Positions 20,887 to 32,543 of a DNA stretch of 64,000 nucleotides are shown here, piece after piece. Position 1 is the stretch's first letter; the number at the start of each line of letters is the position of its first letter. The position numbers and the translations under genes are program-made. The notes beneath the pieces were generated by a model. It saw only the letters and a program-made list of their open reading frames with translations. It had not been told where the DNA came from and did not search any database. The stretch is from Eledone cirrhosa. Lineage: Eukaryota. Location: the NCBI GenBank assembly GCA_964016885.1, contig OZ024742.1, positions 209,498,001 through 209,562,000 on the forward strand, given 5' to 3'.

Positions 20887-23800
20887 TTACAGACACATAC
20901 TCAGAGAAGGCCCATTCATTCGGGCCATACTTGCTTCTCTCACCCATATTTCAACAAAATGCTGGGAAGAGAGCACTTCCCTCTCTACCCTGATTTTCCT
21001 TTTCAAATGAAATTTGAAAAAGTTAATCAGGGCATCACCGAAGAGGTAAGTGCTCGTCTTCAGCCCTTTCAAACGTGTCCACCATACTATCTCTTTCGCC
21101 ATGGCCACCAGACAGATAAAAACTGCCTGCCCTTCCAGGCTAAAGGAAGGGGGCGGGGCAATCCTCACGATGGACTCAGCTGATAGCTGGATCCGTCCTA
21201 CACGTGACAGCAGGTGTTCGACATAATCCCACAAGTCAGCAATGCTCGGACACTGGACGAGTGCGTGCAGGACGGTTTCGTCGCCCTGCGCGCATCTCGG
21301 ACATGCCCGGCTGACGGCACCTCCATGCCTGTAGAGTTTATCCCGAACTGGCAAAGCTCCTCGGTAGCACTGCCAGGCCAGGGATTTCTGGAAGTTGTCC
21401 ATAGGCCCCGGCCCGAAAGTCCTTCCGAAGAGATTGGCTAGTTGATTTTCGTCGACGCCTAGAGTTTCTCCAAGTACGTCGTCACTCTTCCCCTCCACCA
21501 ATCCCCTATAGAACGCCAAGGTGGAGTTTCCACCGATCACATTGCCCGATTGGTCGAGGGCTGTGAGCGCCTGAAGACATTCCAGTCTCCAAGCGCTCCC
21601 TCTCGGTCTTCGCTTGACCCAGGACTGCAGCTCCGTCAAGGAGACGAGCTGGGGAAAAACGTGTCTTGCAAACGGCGACCACACCTGATCACCGTCGAGG
21701 AAGAGGTGGAGATGTCGTAGCCTGAGCGCGTGTCTGCGCATCATCAGCCACGGCATGCCCAGCCCTCCACGTAGCGGGTGTTGACAGCAGATGGACCGCC
21801 TGACCATCGGAGCGCGTCCCTTCCACAAGAAGCGAAAGAGCAAACGCTCCAGCGCAGTCAGGCGGGGCTTAGGACAAGGTACGACGGTCAGGCGGTAGTA
21901 GATGACGGATGCGATGTACGCATTCGCCACCTCCGCTCGACCTTTCAGGGATAGCTTCCTCTCGGCCCATTTCTGGGTGAGAGAAGCCACCCTGCTCGTC
22001 ACCTCGTCCCAGTTTTTGTCCGTCTGGAGGTCTGGACCGAACCAGACCCCTAGCAATTTAACCGGTCCGTCCGTCCAGCGCCCGACGACGCTGTTGGACG
22101 GCATGGACCTGCCTCTCCAGGTGCCGAGCTGCAGGCCCACTGACTTTTCCTGGTTGATCATTGCTCCTGTCACCGCTTCGTATTCTCTTAGTGTAGTGCC
22201 GATCGCCTCGATGTGTTTGGCGTTCGACACCACTACGGTGACATCGTCCGCATATGCTGACACGGATCTTCCGCATCCTAGTTCGCGCGGGACCTCCCTC
22301 AACGTCTCCAGTTTGTGCAGTAATGGCTCGATAGTCAATACGTACAATAGGGACGAGAGGGGACATCCTTGGCGGACCGAGCGCATGATGTTGAACGGTT
22401 CCGAAAGGTGACCGTTCACTCTCACTACAGAGCAGATGTCGCTGTGCATGGCAGCGATCCAGCCTCTGAAGACGGGCCCAAAGCCAGCCGCCCTCAGGAC
22501 TGCCGCTAGGTAACGATGGTCGACCCTATCGAAGGCTTTCGACTGATCTAAATTGATCAAAGACCCACCCGTGCCAGGTTCCCTAGCTACCCTCTCTACG
22601 ATGTATCGCATGAGGTGGAGGTTGTCGTGGATGGATCTGTCGGGAATGGCGCATGTCTGTGCCTCTCCCACCAGACCACCAACGACAAGCGCCAACCTCT
22701 TTGCTAGCACCTTGGCCAAAATCTTGAACTCTGTGTTTAGCAGAGTTATGGGCCTAAAATTATCTATGTTATCCCCCTTGTTCGGATCCTTTCTCAGCAG
22801 CGCCACCGCTGCTCGGCTCACAGAGCTGGGAATTCTCCCGTTCTGTTGCCAGTTGCAGTAGACGTCCGCCAAGAGGCCTCCGAACAAGTTTGGCATTTGT
22901 ACGTAAAGTTCATAGGGCAGACCATCCAAACCAGGCGATTTACCCCTTGTGCAACTAGTCATTGCATCCCGTACTTCAGCGGTTGTTATCGGCTTTTCGC
23001 AACACTCCGCCTCAGTGGCCGAAAGCCGCGGCAGTCCGTCGAGGTAGACACTAAAGTCTATCCCTCGATCCGGTCCGCCACTGCCCCCGAACAGTTGAGC
23101 GAAGTGTCGCTGAAAAGCTTCACACATTTGCCCGGGATCGAGTAGCATGCGCCCGTCGTGGTCCACCAAAGACAGGATCGTGGCTTTGTTGCCACGACGC
23201 GCCTCCGCCACTCGGGCCCATTGAACGGCTTTCGTCCCCTCGTGTCTGAGAGCACGCACCCTAGCTCTGACAACGCAGCCTTCGTGCTTTGCATTGAAGA
23301 ATTGGTCAAGGGCCAATTTCGCCGCAAGTACGTCGGTCGCGATGCCTTTGCTAAGCGCCTCATCTAATTTTCTAACTAATTCTCCCTCTGCTCTATTTTT
23401 CTCTATTGCTAAAGTCTTACTAAACCTAATGGACTCTATTCTAATTGCTCTTTTCAGAGCAAACCACCACTTGTTGTTGACGATGGCCCCCGTCAACGCC
23501 CGCCTAACTAGTTCGCTAATCCGGTCTCTGTAGGCCTTGCGCGCTGGTAAGGACGCGTTTAGCTTCCAGTAGCCGGGTCCTCGTCTATGAAGCTTATCTA
23601 AGTCAAGCACACAGATCACGAATTTGTGGTCCGTGTAGCTGACTATCTTGAATTGTGGACAGCCTATGCTAGACCTATCCATTTCCCTACAAAATACTCT
23701 ATCTAGATATGATCTGGATGACCCTATGCGATTTGTCCAAGTCCACATTGGTACATTCGGGAAATCCATTCGGTACCTGTCAGACAGTTCAAAACGTCTG

Positions 23801-24306
23801 AGCAGGTTGGTGAGACTCTTGCACCCTCCTTCCCTATCCACTAATCCCACACAATCCCAGCGTGCATCTAAGATCCCGTTCCAGTCGCCCACTAACACTA
23901 AAGAGCGGGACGTTCCAAGAAAGGTCTCCAGACGCCGGAAGAAATCAGGCCGCCCTGCTCCTGTCGGGGCATAGACGGCCACTAACCTGAAAGCTTGCCC
24001 GTCTCCGCTGGTCACGTCCAGCACCACCAACTTACCTTCTGGTTCCAGGAAGATGGCCCGTATGGCAAGATCCAAACCTCTCCGAAAAAGCACAGCAACT
24101 CCTCCCCCCGATCCCGGACGGCTGGGAGATGCGTACACATCGTAGCCGCCGAAGATCGGTGCGAAAGCCTGTGCTTCGGAGATTCTGGTCTCGCTGATGG
24201 CCACTACATCTATGTTTAGTGACCTGAGGTCGTTGAGCAGGTGGCCCTGCTTCCATGACGACCCCAAGCTACGCGCATTTATGCTGCCTATTCTGAGTGA
24301 GGTCAT
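20887..24306 (-). CDS. Tx1 ORF2p, subfamily B (1139 aa)
   Basis: Uninterrupted and collinear with 13687-17106, with about 35-40 substitutions counted by eye. Confidence 0.95.
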   Translation of the reverse strand: MTSLRIGSINARSLGSSWKQGHLLNDLRSLNIDVVAISETRISEAQAFAPIFGGYDVYASPSRPGSGGGVAVLFRRGLDLAIRAIFLEPEGKLVVLDVTSGDGQAFRLVAVYAPTGAGRPDFFRRLETFLGTSRSLVLVGDWNGILDARWDCVGLVDREGGCKSLTNLLRRFELSDRYRMDFPNVPMWTWTNRIGSSRSYLDRVFCREMDRSSIGCPQFKIVSYTDHKFVICVLDLDKLHRRGPGYWKLNASLPARKAYRDRISELVRRALTGAIVNNKWWFALKRAIRIESIRFSKTLAIEKNRAEGELVRKLDEALSKGIATDVLAAKLALDQFFNAKHEGCVVRARVRALRHEGTKAVQWARVAEARRGNKATILSLVDHDGRMLLDPGQMCEAFQRHFAQLFGGSGGPDRGIDFSVYLDGLPRLSATEAECCEKPITTAEVRDAMTSCTRGKSPGLDGLPYELYVQMPNLFGGLLADVYCNWQQNGRIPSSVSRAAVALLRKDPNKGDNIDNFRPITLLNTEFKILAKVLAKRLALVVGGLVGEAQTCAIPDRSIHDNLHLMRYIVERVAREPGTGGSLINLDQSKAFDRVDHRYLAAVLRAAGFGPVFRGWIAAMHSDICSVVRVNGHLSEPFNIMRSVRQGCPLSSLLYVLTIEPLLHKLETLREVPRELGCGRSVSAYADDVTVVVSNAKHIEAIGTTLREYEAVTGAMINQEKSVGLQLGTWRGRSMPSNSVVGRWTDGPVKLLGVWFGPDLQTDKNWDEVTSRVASLTQKWAERKLSLKGRAEVANAYIASVIYYRLTVVPCPKPRLTALERLLFRFLWKGRAPMVRRSICCQHPLRGGLGMPWLMMRRHALRLRHLHLFLDGDQVWSPFARHVFPQLVSLTELQSWVKRRPRGSAWRLECLQALTALDQSGNVIGGNSTLAFYRGLVEGKSDDVLGETLGVDENQLANLFGRTFGPGPMDNFQKSLAWQCYRGALPVRDKLYRHGGAVSRACPRCAQGDETVLHALVQCPSIADLWDYVEHLLSRVGRIQLSAESIVRIAPPPSFSLEGQAVFICLVAMAKEIVWWTRLKGLKTSTYLFGDALINFFKFHLKRKIRVEREVLSSQHFVEIWVREASMARMNGPSLSMCL

Positions 24307-24339
24307 GTTGAAAAGGAGTGGAAAAGATGGGAAAGACCA

Positions 24340-26324
24340 CTTACCTTACTTCTCGTAGGGGAAGGACGGTTTTTCCATCCTTTTCACTGCTTGTGGCCTC
24401 CTCAGGAAGTATGTCCTTATAAATCCTCCTGGAGAGTGCTTATCAGAAGTCTCCGATGTCTTTGGGGAATTTTTGTTTTAGTGTCATGTACGTTTTCTGT
24501 GTGATGCGAGTGATTTGTATGTGTGGAGGTGGTGTGAATTTTGGGGTTGTTGTGTAGTCTTTTTCTGTGATGCTGGTGTTGTGTTTGATGTAGTGTAATA
24601 ATTGCTTGTTGTTCAAATTTAATGCTGTGTAGTGTGTATCGTTTTGGTTGTTTTGCTTTGTTTGCGTTTGTTGTGGGTTTGTTTCTGTTTCGCATTTTGG
24701 TGACTTTTGTGGTGTAGGTGATGGTGGTGTTGGAGTTAATGATGGTGATGGTGTTGGTGTTTGGGTTGATGGGGTTGGTGATGCTGGTGTGGATGGTGGC
24801 ATATCTGTCCTAACTTTTTTGTTTCTTAGTTTATTTGTTTCCCTCTGTATTTTGTTTTTGGAGGGGGAAGGAAGAGAATTTTTTCTTTTTTGGTTTCTTT
24901 TTTTTTTTCCGGATATCGTTTCCCACTCCTCGTCGTCACAATCTGTCTCCAGTTGTGATAGGCCGGGGAGTGGAAAATCCTCCACAGCCGTTAGTTTTGG
25001 TTGTAGTGTGGTGGATGGTGTAGGCGCTGGTGCTAGTTCTGAAGCGTTGGGTGGTGGTGGTGTTGGTTTTGCTGGTGGTGGTAGTGGTGTTGGTTTTGCT
25101 ACTGTTGCTGGGGTTGTTGCTGTTATAGTTGCTTCTGTTGTTGCTGCTACAGTTGTTGCTGCCATCTCTGCTACTGGTGGTGTTGATGGTTGTGTCACTG
25201 GGGTGGGTAGGAGAGGTGGCCTCAACCTTTTAGCCTGAGGGCAGAAAGCCCTTAGGTGGGTTCCTTCACCACAAACGACACACCTAGGTCTTCTGCCCTC
25301 GACAATTACCGTGAGGTGGCTGCCGTCAGTGAGGTCTATTACCTCTGGGATCTCCTCAATGCTTTTTTGGTCCGCTTGGATCAGGAGCTCCATCCCAGAT
25401 CCGGACCAGTTTTCCTGCTTTTCTTTTGCTACTGCTATTATTTTCGTGTTGGCTTCGATGCCGGCGAGGACGGCCGCTATTAGCCAGGGAATTTCGATGG
25501 CCGGTGGAACGTGGGTCACCCTGATCTTTACGAGTCTCTGGCCACAATAGCTTGGGACGAGTGTGAGGTCGTCACTTTTTAATGGGGCCATGGAGTGTTC
25601 TCTAGCCTCCTCTGGTGTTTCAAAGAACACATCCACGGTTCCATACTTTTGCCCACGTCTGATGTGGGTTTTTCTTGCCCACACATGTCCCAAAGCTTTT
25701 TGGATTTGGGACTCGGATGCCCGTTCCACTCGGCGCGATTTTACATTTATTGTTCTATACGACACGGTGCATAGGCGCCGATGCTCCATTTTATTAGGTG
25801 GGGGGTGAGGCTGACCCTGTACCCATCTTTCTTTACCATTTGTTTGGCATTTTCTAAATCTTCTTGAGTTACGGTAAATGCTTCGAATTGTTTTGCTACT
25901 CTGGCGAAACTGAGGGGGGGGTTATAATGTCATTGTTGTTGTTGTTGCTATCGTTAATATTAATTTTAGTTTCAGTTGTGGTGGTGGTGACGTCAGTCGT
26001 CTTTGGTGGGGAAGAGTCCATTTTGCTTGATTTCATTTCGACGTCACGAGTTAATTTATTTTTTTCTTCTTTTGTTTCTGTTGTCGCGGTGGTGGTGGTG
26101 GTGGTGGTTGTCGCGGTGGTGGTGGTGGTGGAGGCTTTAACACCTGCAGTCATTGGTAATGGCGGGAAATGAATGTCTGCCTGAGACAAATTTAAAATAT
26201 TGCTACTGCTTATATTTTTTTTTGTGTTGGCAAACGTAGTAACATTTACAATGGTGGTGTCGGTGTGAGGTGTTATTTTGTGAGGAAGGCTTTCAGCTGC
26301 TTCGTGCAGAGGTGAAGTAGCCAT
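24340..26324 (-). pseudogene. Tx1 subfamily B ORF1, split by frameshifts/stops
   Basis: Pieces 25896-26324 and 24443-25789; CVVCGEGTHLRAFC knuckle; frame breaks at G runs (~25800, ~25915) and TGA TAA near 24443. Confidence 0.82.
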
Positions 26325-26533
26325 TTTTTTTCAAAGAAATTTTTTGATAATAATAAAAGTTAAAATTTTGGGCACAACGCCCCAATCTTTTTAGGTGTCC
26401 TTTTCGGAAAACAATGTATGTGTGCTTATAAACAGTTAACAATAAAATTTTCCATAAATGGCAATTTTTAAACAAACGGAAATAACAAACCTTTGCGGAG
26501 CTCACGATAATACGATTTCCTACGTAGGTCGCC

Positions 26534-26587
<54 letters not shown>

Positions 26588-26590
<3 letters not shown>

Positions 26591-27961
26591 TGAATGCAAG
26601 GAATAGGATCGATGCCATAAACACGCTTGCCATACCAGTAGTAACCTACAGTTACAATGTCATCAACTGGTCAAGCACAGAGATCCGTAGGCTCGATACA
26701 AAAATCCGAAAATTCTTAACCATGCACAGAATGCATCACCCTAAGGCAGACATAGATAGAATATATCTCCCTAGGAAAGAAGGAGGACGTGGGTTAATCC
26801 AGTTAGACATTGCGTTGAAAACTGCAACAATTGGATTATCCACATATCTAAGGGAATCACATGATTGGATGATCAAACTCGTTTTGAAACACGAAAGCAC
26901 CAAAAGATCATATTCCATTACAAAAGATGCACAAAGATACAGTAATGGACTACAAATTTCAGAAGTCCCATTTACTGCTGAAATGGAAAACACAGAAAAA
27001 GCAAAGCAGGTAAAAGTAACTGCAAAGAAAGAACTGCTACAGAAACTGGCTAAGAAATGGCAAGAAAAGCCTCTGTATGGAAAATACCCAGAGCGAGCTA
27101 ACAATCCTGATGTTGACAAAACTTTAACCCATCAGTGGTTGGCATCCTCTGGACTGAAATCGGAGACTGAAGGACTGATTATATCCGCACAAGATCAGTG
27201 TCTGCCAACAAAAAATTACCAAGCCAACATAATAAAAAATGGGTGCAGCCCATTATGCCGTGTATGCAAAAAACAACCAGAGACCATTGACCATATAATT
27301 TCAATGTGCAGTCCTATAGCTCCAACCGAATACCTAAACAGGCATGACAGAGCTGCACAATACATACATTGGATAATGTGCAAGCATTTTGACCTGCCCC
27401 ATCAAAAGAATTGGTGGGAGCATCAACCACCTCCCATACTTGAAAAAGATCACATCTCAATCTTGTGGAACTTTAGCATCCAAACAGACCGAAAAATAGA
27501 TGCAAATAGACCTGATATAATATTGAAGGACTTTCAAAGGAGGGTATGCCTGCTAATTGATATGTCTGTTCCAATAGACAAGAATGTATCTATAAAAACA
27601 TTTGAAAAATTGAGCAAGTATAAGGACCTGGAGATAGAAATTGGAAAAATGTGGAAATTGAGAACTAAAACAATACCAGTGGTTGTAGGCGCTCTGGGAA
27701 TGATACCTAAGGGGTCTAACGACTACTTATCGCAAATCCCAGGAAACCCGCGTATAGGAGAAATACAAAAGATAGTACTAATGGGAACTGCCCATATACT
27801 AAGGAAGATCCTGTCAATATAAGTACATCACAAGTCTAAACACTAAGGATGCATGTGTGAATATGTGTGTTCTTTCTTGAACATGGCGGACCTTGTTGTC
27901 TCTTGAGGTCACTGGTTGTGACTTGGTGATAACTCGTATAAACATAAAGCAAGATAAATGC
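26588..27961 (+). mobile_element. R4/Dong-clade family Dong-B, 5'-truncated, open 410-aa C-terminal ORF (26590-27822)
   Basis: RIYLPRKEGGRGL, ETEGLIISAQDQ, CRVCKKQPETIDHIISMC, RHD, REL RPDIILKD..LIDMSVP..K..KY; (AAT)n tail. Confidence 0.93.
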
Positions 27962-27962
27962 A

Positions 27963-27992
<30 letters not shown>

Positions 27993-27993
<1 letters not shown>

Positions 27994-28308
27994 GTGGAAA
28001 TTGAGAACTAAAACAATACCAGTGGTTGTAGGCGCTCTGGGAATGATACCTAAGGGGTCTAATGATTACATATCGCAAATCCCAGGAAACCCGCGTATAG
28101 GAGAAATACAAAAGATAGTACTAATGGGAACTGCCCATATACTAAGGAAGATTCTGTCAATATAAGTACATCACGAGTCTAAACACTAAAGATGCACGTG
28201 TGAATATGTATGTTCTTTCTTGAACATGGCGGACCTTGTTGTCTCTTGAGGTCACTGGTTGTGACTTGGTGATAACTCGTATGAACATAAAGCAAGATAA
28301 ATGCAACT

Positions 28309-28309
<1 letters not shown>
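27993..28309 (+). mobile_element. Dong-B 3' fragment
   Basis: Repeats 27651-27961; followed by (AAT)20 to 28370. Confidence 0.9.
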
Positions 28310-28372
<63 letters not shown>

Positions 28373-28681
28373 ATTTGTTCGCTCTACATGGCTGAATAGA
28401 ATATATGCAATTTATTATTAATATTCGAAAGACTCAGATTACATTCATTGTATTCAGTCATGTAGAGTGAAAAAAATTTTTTTTTTTAATATTTGGATGT
28501 GGCAAAGCCGGCCATTTATCGCTCATATACAGGAAACTGACTGCCCTATCTGCTGATATGCAAATCTGCTGATCAGTGGATCTGCTAATATGCAGATATG
28601 ACTAATCGGCTAGTCTGCTAATATGCAAATCAGGCCTATCAGTCACTGTATATTTTAGATAGCTCTGACAGTTGGCGGGTG

Positions 28682-28741
28682 AACAGTGAGCTGTACTGAT
28701 GAAGGGTGATGCCCAGATACATTAGTGTCTGCAGTTCTGTT
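28682..28741 (+). ncRNA. Degenerate type I hammerhead ribozyme motif
   Basis: Stem I GAGCTGTA/TGCAGTTC, core CTGATGA, stem II GGGT/GCCC, GA(T)A instead of GAAA, short stem III CA-TTAG-TG, GTC cleavage triplet. Confidence 0.6.
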
Positions 28742-31410
28742 TACATGCCAACATAAGAGCAAGAATGAAGGGTTCACTCTACTGACATGGCTTTAAAAAT
28801 GAGGCTAGTTTGCATAATTACAAACGAATCAAATGTTATTATTAATAGTCTAAAAACTCAGATTACACACACATATATATATATATATGCCTTTAACCTT
28901 ATTAATATATCCCTACATATATATATATATCTTCATCGAACTATCTTTTCTGTATTCCTAAATTTACCCATAAAATGTAATCAGTTAAGCAGTTCATTAA
29001 TCTTTATCATAATATACTCTGGATTTAAGCTGTTAGGAACTTCAATTTCTATTGTCCGCTGCTTAATCCTTTATCAATTCTACTTCTTGAGATGAACAAG
29101 GTTTCATTTCGAACTTGCAGCACAACATTATTAAGTGTTGCCGTAAACGGGATTACAAACCTCTGGCATAAATCAAGATGGCAGGCATTTGAATGTACCA
29201 CAAAAAATCTAAATAGTGACAGAACAAAAAGTTGTGTGAGAAAATCGACCTAAACTACATAAGGATTTGGGTTATTTTACCAGAAACCTTGAAATTTCAA
29301 AACAGAATTATTCGCAAGGACATCAACAAAGATTATCTCGTGAATCTCAAAACCGTTCATCAAATTCAGATAAAAGTAAAGATGAACAAATATAGATGTT
29401 TTTAAAAAGATGCTCGAGAATTAGAATCGTTTTATAATTAATTCGAAACCAATATCAATTATTTTGATTGATCTTTTATATGTAGAAATTATAATTAAGA
29501 AATACCGATAATCAGCGTAATGAGGATTAAGTAACCAGGATTGTAGTTTTATTTAATGATCATTTGAAATTTCAACTATCACAAAGGAAATAAATTCGTA
29601 TACAGAGTGTCCAAATGGTTTTGTTCGAGGCAGTTCAGTAGAAATCGTTATTTTATCTGATAGATATTTTATAAAGTTACAAAGATTTGCGTAGACAAAA
29701 AAGGCAGTTCTATCAGAACTGAATGAAACTGTGTCAAACATGATTTCTATTTCTATAATTTTTGTTCACTACAAAGGCCTTTGCTAATAGGTCTGTCTTT
29801 TATATATCTATCTATTTAATATCAGATTTAGAAAAAATATTAGCATGGCCCCAGCCTTTTGGCTGGAACTCGTTATAGAGTAATAGAGTTTACATTTCTG
29901 TGTATAAGCGAAATATCTATATTTATCATTCAAGCCTTCCTTAATGAGAATACGGTATGAAAAGTCGAAGATTTTCTGAAACACAATAGTTAAATTGTAT
30001 AAAATTCTACTTCATGAAATATCGAAACAAACTGCAACATATTCCTATGTTACTAATTCAACTAATATAATTGAAATATAAATCTGGCAAACTTTTTAAA
30101 TTAATCACAATTGTGCAATGTGGATAGTGATTTATTTAATTTTCTGTGAGTCGCGCATTCGCAAAATTAAGGCCGGTAGAAGTGTTTGTTGCAGATGTAG
30201 TAAATGCTGCTGACGTAAGCTAAGATAATGCAGATGTGTGAATAGGAAAGAAAAGTGAGTCATTGAAGTCGTTGGCTGAATATCCGAATTTTCAATTGCA
30301 TCTAGTAGGCAAGCTTGCCTATAGCGATGATTTTGGCTTACTTATATCGTTAGTCGCTACAAAATTAAACTAATATTTTCTTCGCAACACTAAATATTTG
30401 CCAGAATCTGTTGCTTGACTTAAAAGGAATGAAATATAATTTGCTTTATTGACAATTATCGAAAGCGAAGTTTTAGATTCATTTTAAAAAAATTAGAATA
30501 AAACAGTCCCTACATTGACTGCAATATTACAATAATTACAATCAACTAAGTTTACATACGAGCAAACCGAAAAATATTTACTTACCAACTGCAATATATA
30601 TAATAGCGAGAAAGAAAATAATTTAGTTTTAAAATAAACTAGCGCTACCAAATTGATTTTAGCAAAATTTATTAATAGCTCCAAACAAACTACATTTCCA
30701 GTTTATTGCGTGACATATTAAAACTAACGAATTTACGTGGTTATTTCATACTTGAAATTATTAAGATATAAAACTATTTGTGTGGTGAAGTAGTTTTCCA
30801 TGGCGAAATTACCGCTCTTTCGTGGTATTTGTGATCATGAAAAAAGAATAAATGAAGTATTTTGGTAGAATTCATTTTATTCATAATAGGCTCATTAATT
30901 CAGAAAATAACCATTATTAACTAATTATTTTCGCTAAATCTTCCACACAAATAACAGATCATTTAGAATTCTTGAATTTTAGACATAGAATTATGATTTC
31001 ATATATTGATTGATCTTAATAGATTTAAGAAAGAGACATTTCCTATATTCAGCTATATTGGCAGAACAATTAATTTAATTTGTGGAACTTAAAACCGTAA
31101 CTAAGGAAATTCCCCCTCAGAAATAATGTTTAGAAATATGGAAGCACAGCAAATTCAAAATATAACCTATTTATAAAAGTACCGATAAGAAATGTAGAAA
31201 TATTTTATGAAGGAATTCACTCTGAATGTAAACCATAACAGCTATAGTTAAAGAGATACGAAAATACATATACGGAAATTCCGGTTTGCTAAATGTTTAA
31301 CAACAAAATTCATATCCTTAGAAAATTCATGAAGTCAAAAGCGCCAGATTCAAATTATAAAATGTTTTTTATATATGTTTCATCCAAGTAATAAACAGTA
31401 ATAAAAGTGA

Positions 31411-31560
31411 AGGCGCATGGCTTAGTGGTTAGAGCATTGGGCTTGCAATCGAAAGGTTGTGAGTTCGATTCTCAGACCAGGTGATGTGTTGTGTCCTTGA
31501 GCAAGACACTTTATTTCACGTTGCTCCAGTTTTACTCAGCTGTAGAAATGAGTTGCGATC
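31411..31560 (+). mobile_element. tRNA-derived SINE (A box TGGCTTAGTGG, B box GTTCGATTC, TGTCCTTGAGCAAG central motif)
   Basis: Pol III boxes plus a CORE/Meta-like motif; related copies at 36225-36335 (-) and 59504-59640 (+). Confidence 0.8.
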
Positions 31561-32125
31561 CTGCTAAATCAATGGGTGACAGTAGTTTTAGCTGCACGCA
31601 TCGAAATACTAGTGTAGTGGTTCTGAGAACAATGCGGCTTTGCAGAGGATCAATGCAAATTGACAATGGAAAGGCGCTCCCGCTCGAGTTAGAAGGGGTC
31701 ACAGCGTCTAGACGCTGTCCAGTGGAATAAAAGGCGACAGAGAAATCATTAATATCTAGAAATTAATCTAAAAGTACACATCAAATTTTGTGTGACGTGT
31801 GGTGTCTCTTATAAAACGACAGTCATGAATGAAGCAAAGAAAAAAGTAAAAAGAAAGGAAGAAAAACAGCAAGAAGAAGTAAGTAAGATATCATGTTTAA
31901 ATTGTGTAAGCCAATACAATAAATGCCGGGAGAAGAGATAACTCGTTCGTCACATTAGTATTATGTATGTATATATATCCCCATGACCTCCCAGGAATAA
32001 TTGAACGAAGAACTTATATACATATATATATATATATAAACATATCATATATTGAGTTAGAAACTCAAAATAGTCTTTTACAATTAAATAGCTCAAGGAA
32101 GGGAATCTTTCCGAGCCATGTAATA

Positions 32126-32543
32126 CAATGGAATATATGAGAGGGATGAACACCGATACAAGTATACGTGTGTTAGGATGCTATTTTTAACGGCATGAGT
32201 ATGAGACTCGTTAGGCGCTGTAACATGTGCTTTTACCAACATAGTTCAGTCTTCTTAAATCTTTTTGAAGTAAAAGGTACGAATTTCCTGGATACCCGCA
32301 GAAGAGCACAGGAATGGTGGCCGTCACTTAATAGTTGTTGCGAAACAGATTTAGATCTGTCCGGGTATCAAACCGCGATTGCCCAATATAGGTTTGTTAT
32401 TTTTATTAATTTATTACTTTAAATCGAGACAGGCAAACCATATTATTTTAAATTAGTATTTTTCAACCGAGTTAACTTGGTCATTTGCAATTCGAACACA
32501 TGTATACTTGTATTGGTGTTCATACCTCTCATATATTCAATTG
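32126..32543. mobile_element. MITE with ~50-bp terminal inverted repeats and TA flanks (Tc1/mariner-type)
   Basis: 32124-32174 is the near-exact reverse complement of 32495-32545; TA on both sides; non-coding interior. Confidence 0.8.

Larger units (their letters stand above)
20644..26533 (-). mobile_element. Full-length Tx1 subfamily B element (intact ORF2; divergent, disrupted ORF1; different 5'UTR)
   Basis: Flanked by (AAT)n at 20578-20643 and 26534-26590; 3' end AATAAAGAAAAC; 5' end GGCGACCTACGTAGG. Confidence 0.94.

Noticed and set aside
31411-31490. Possible tRNA gene
   Set aside because: No complete acceptor stem; it continues into a SINE body found three times in the window.
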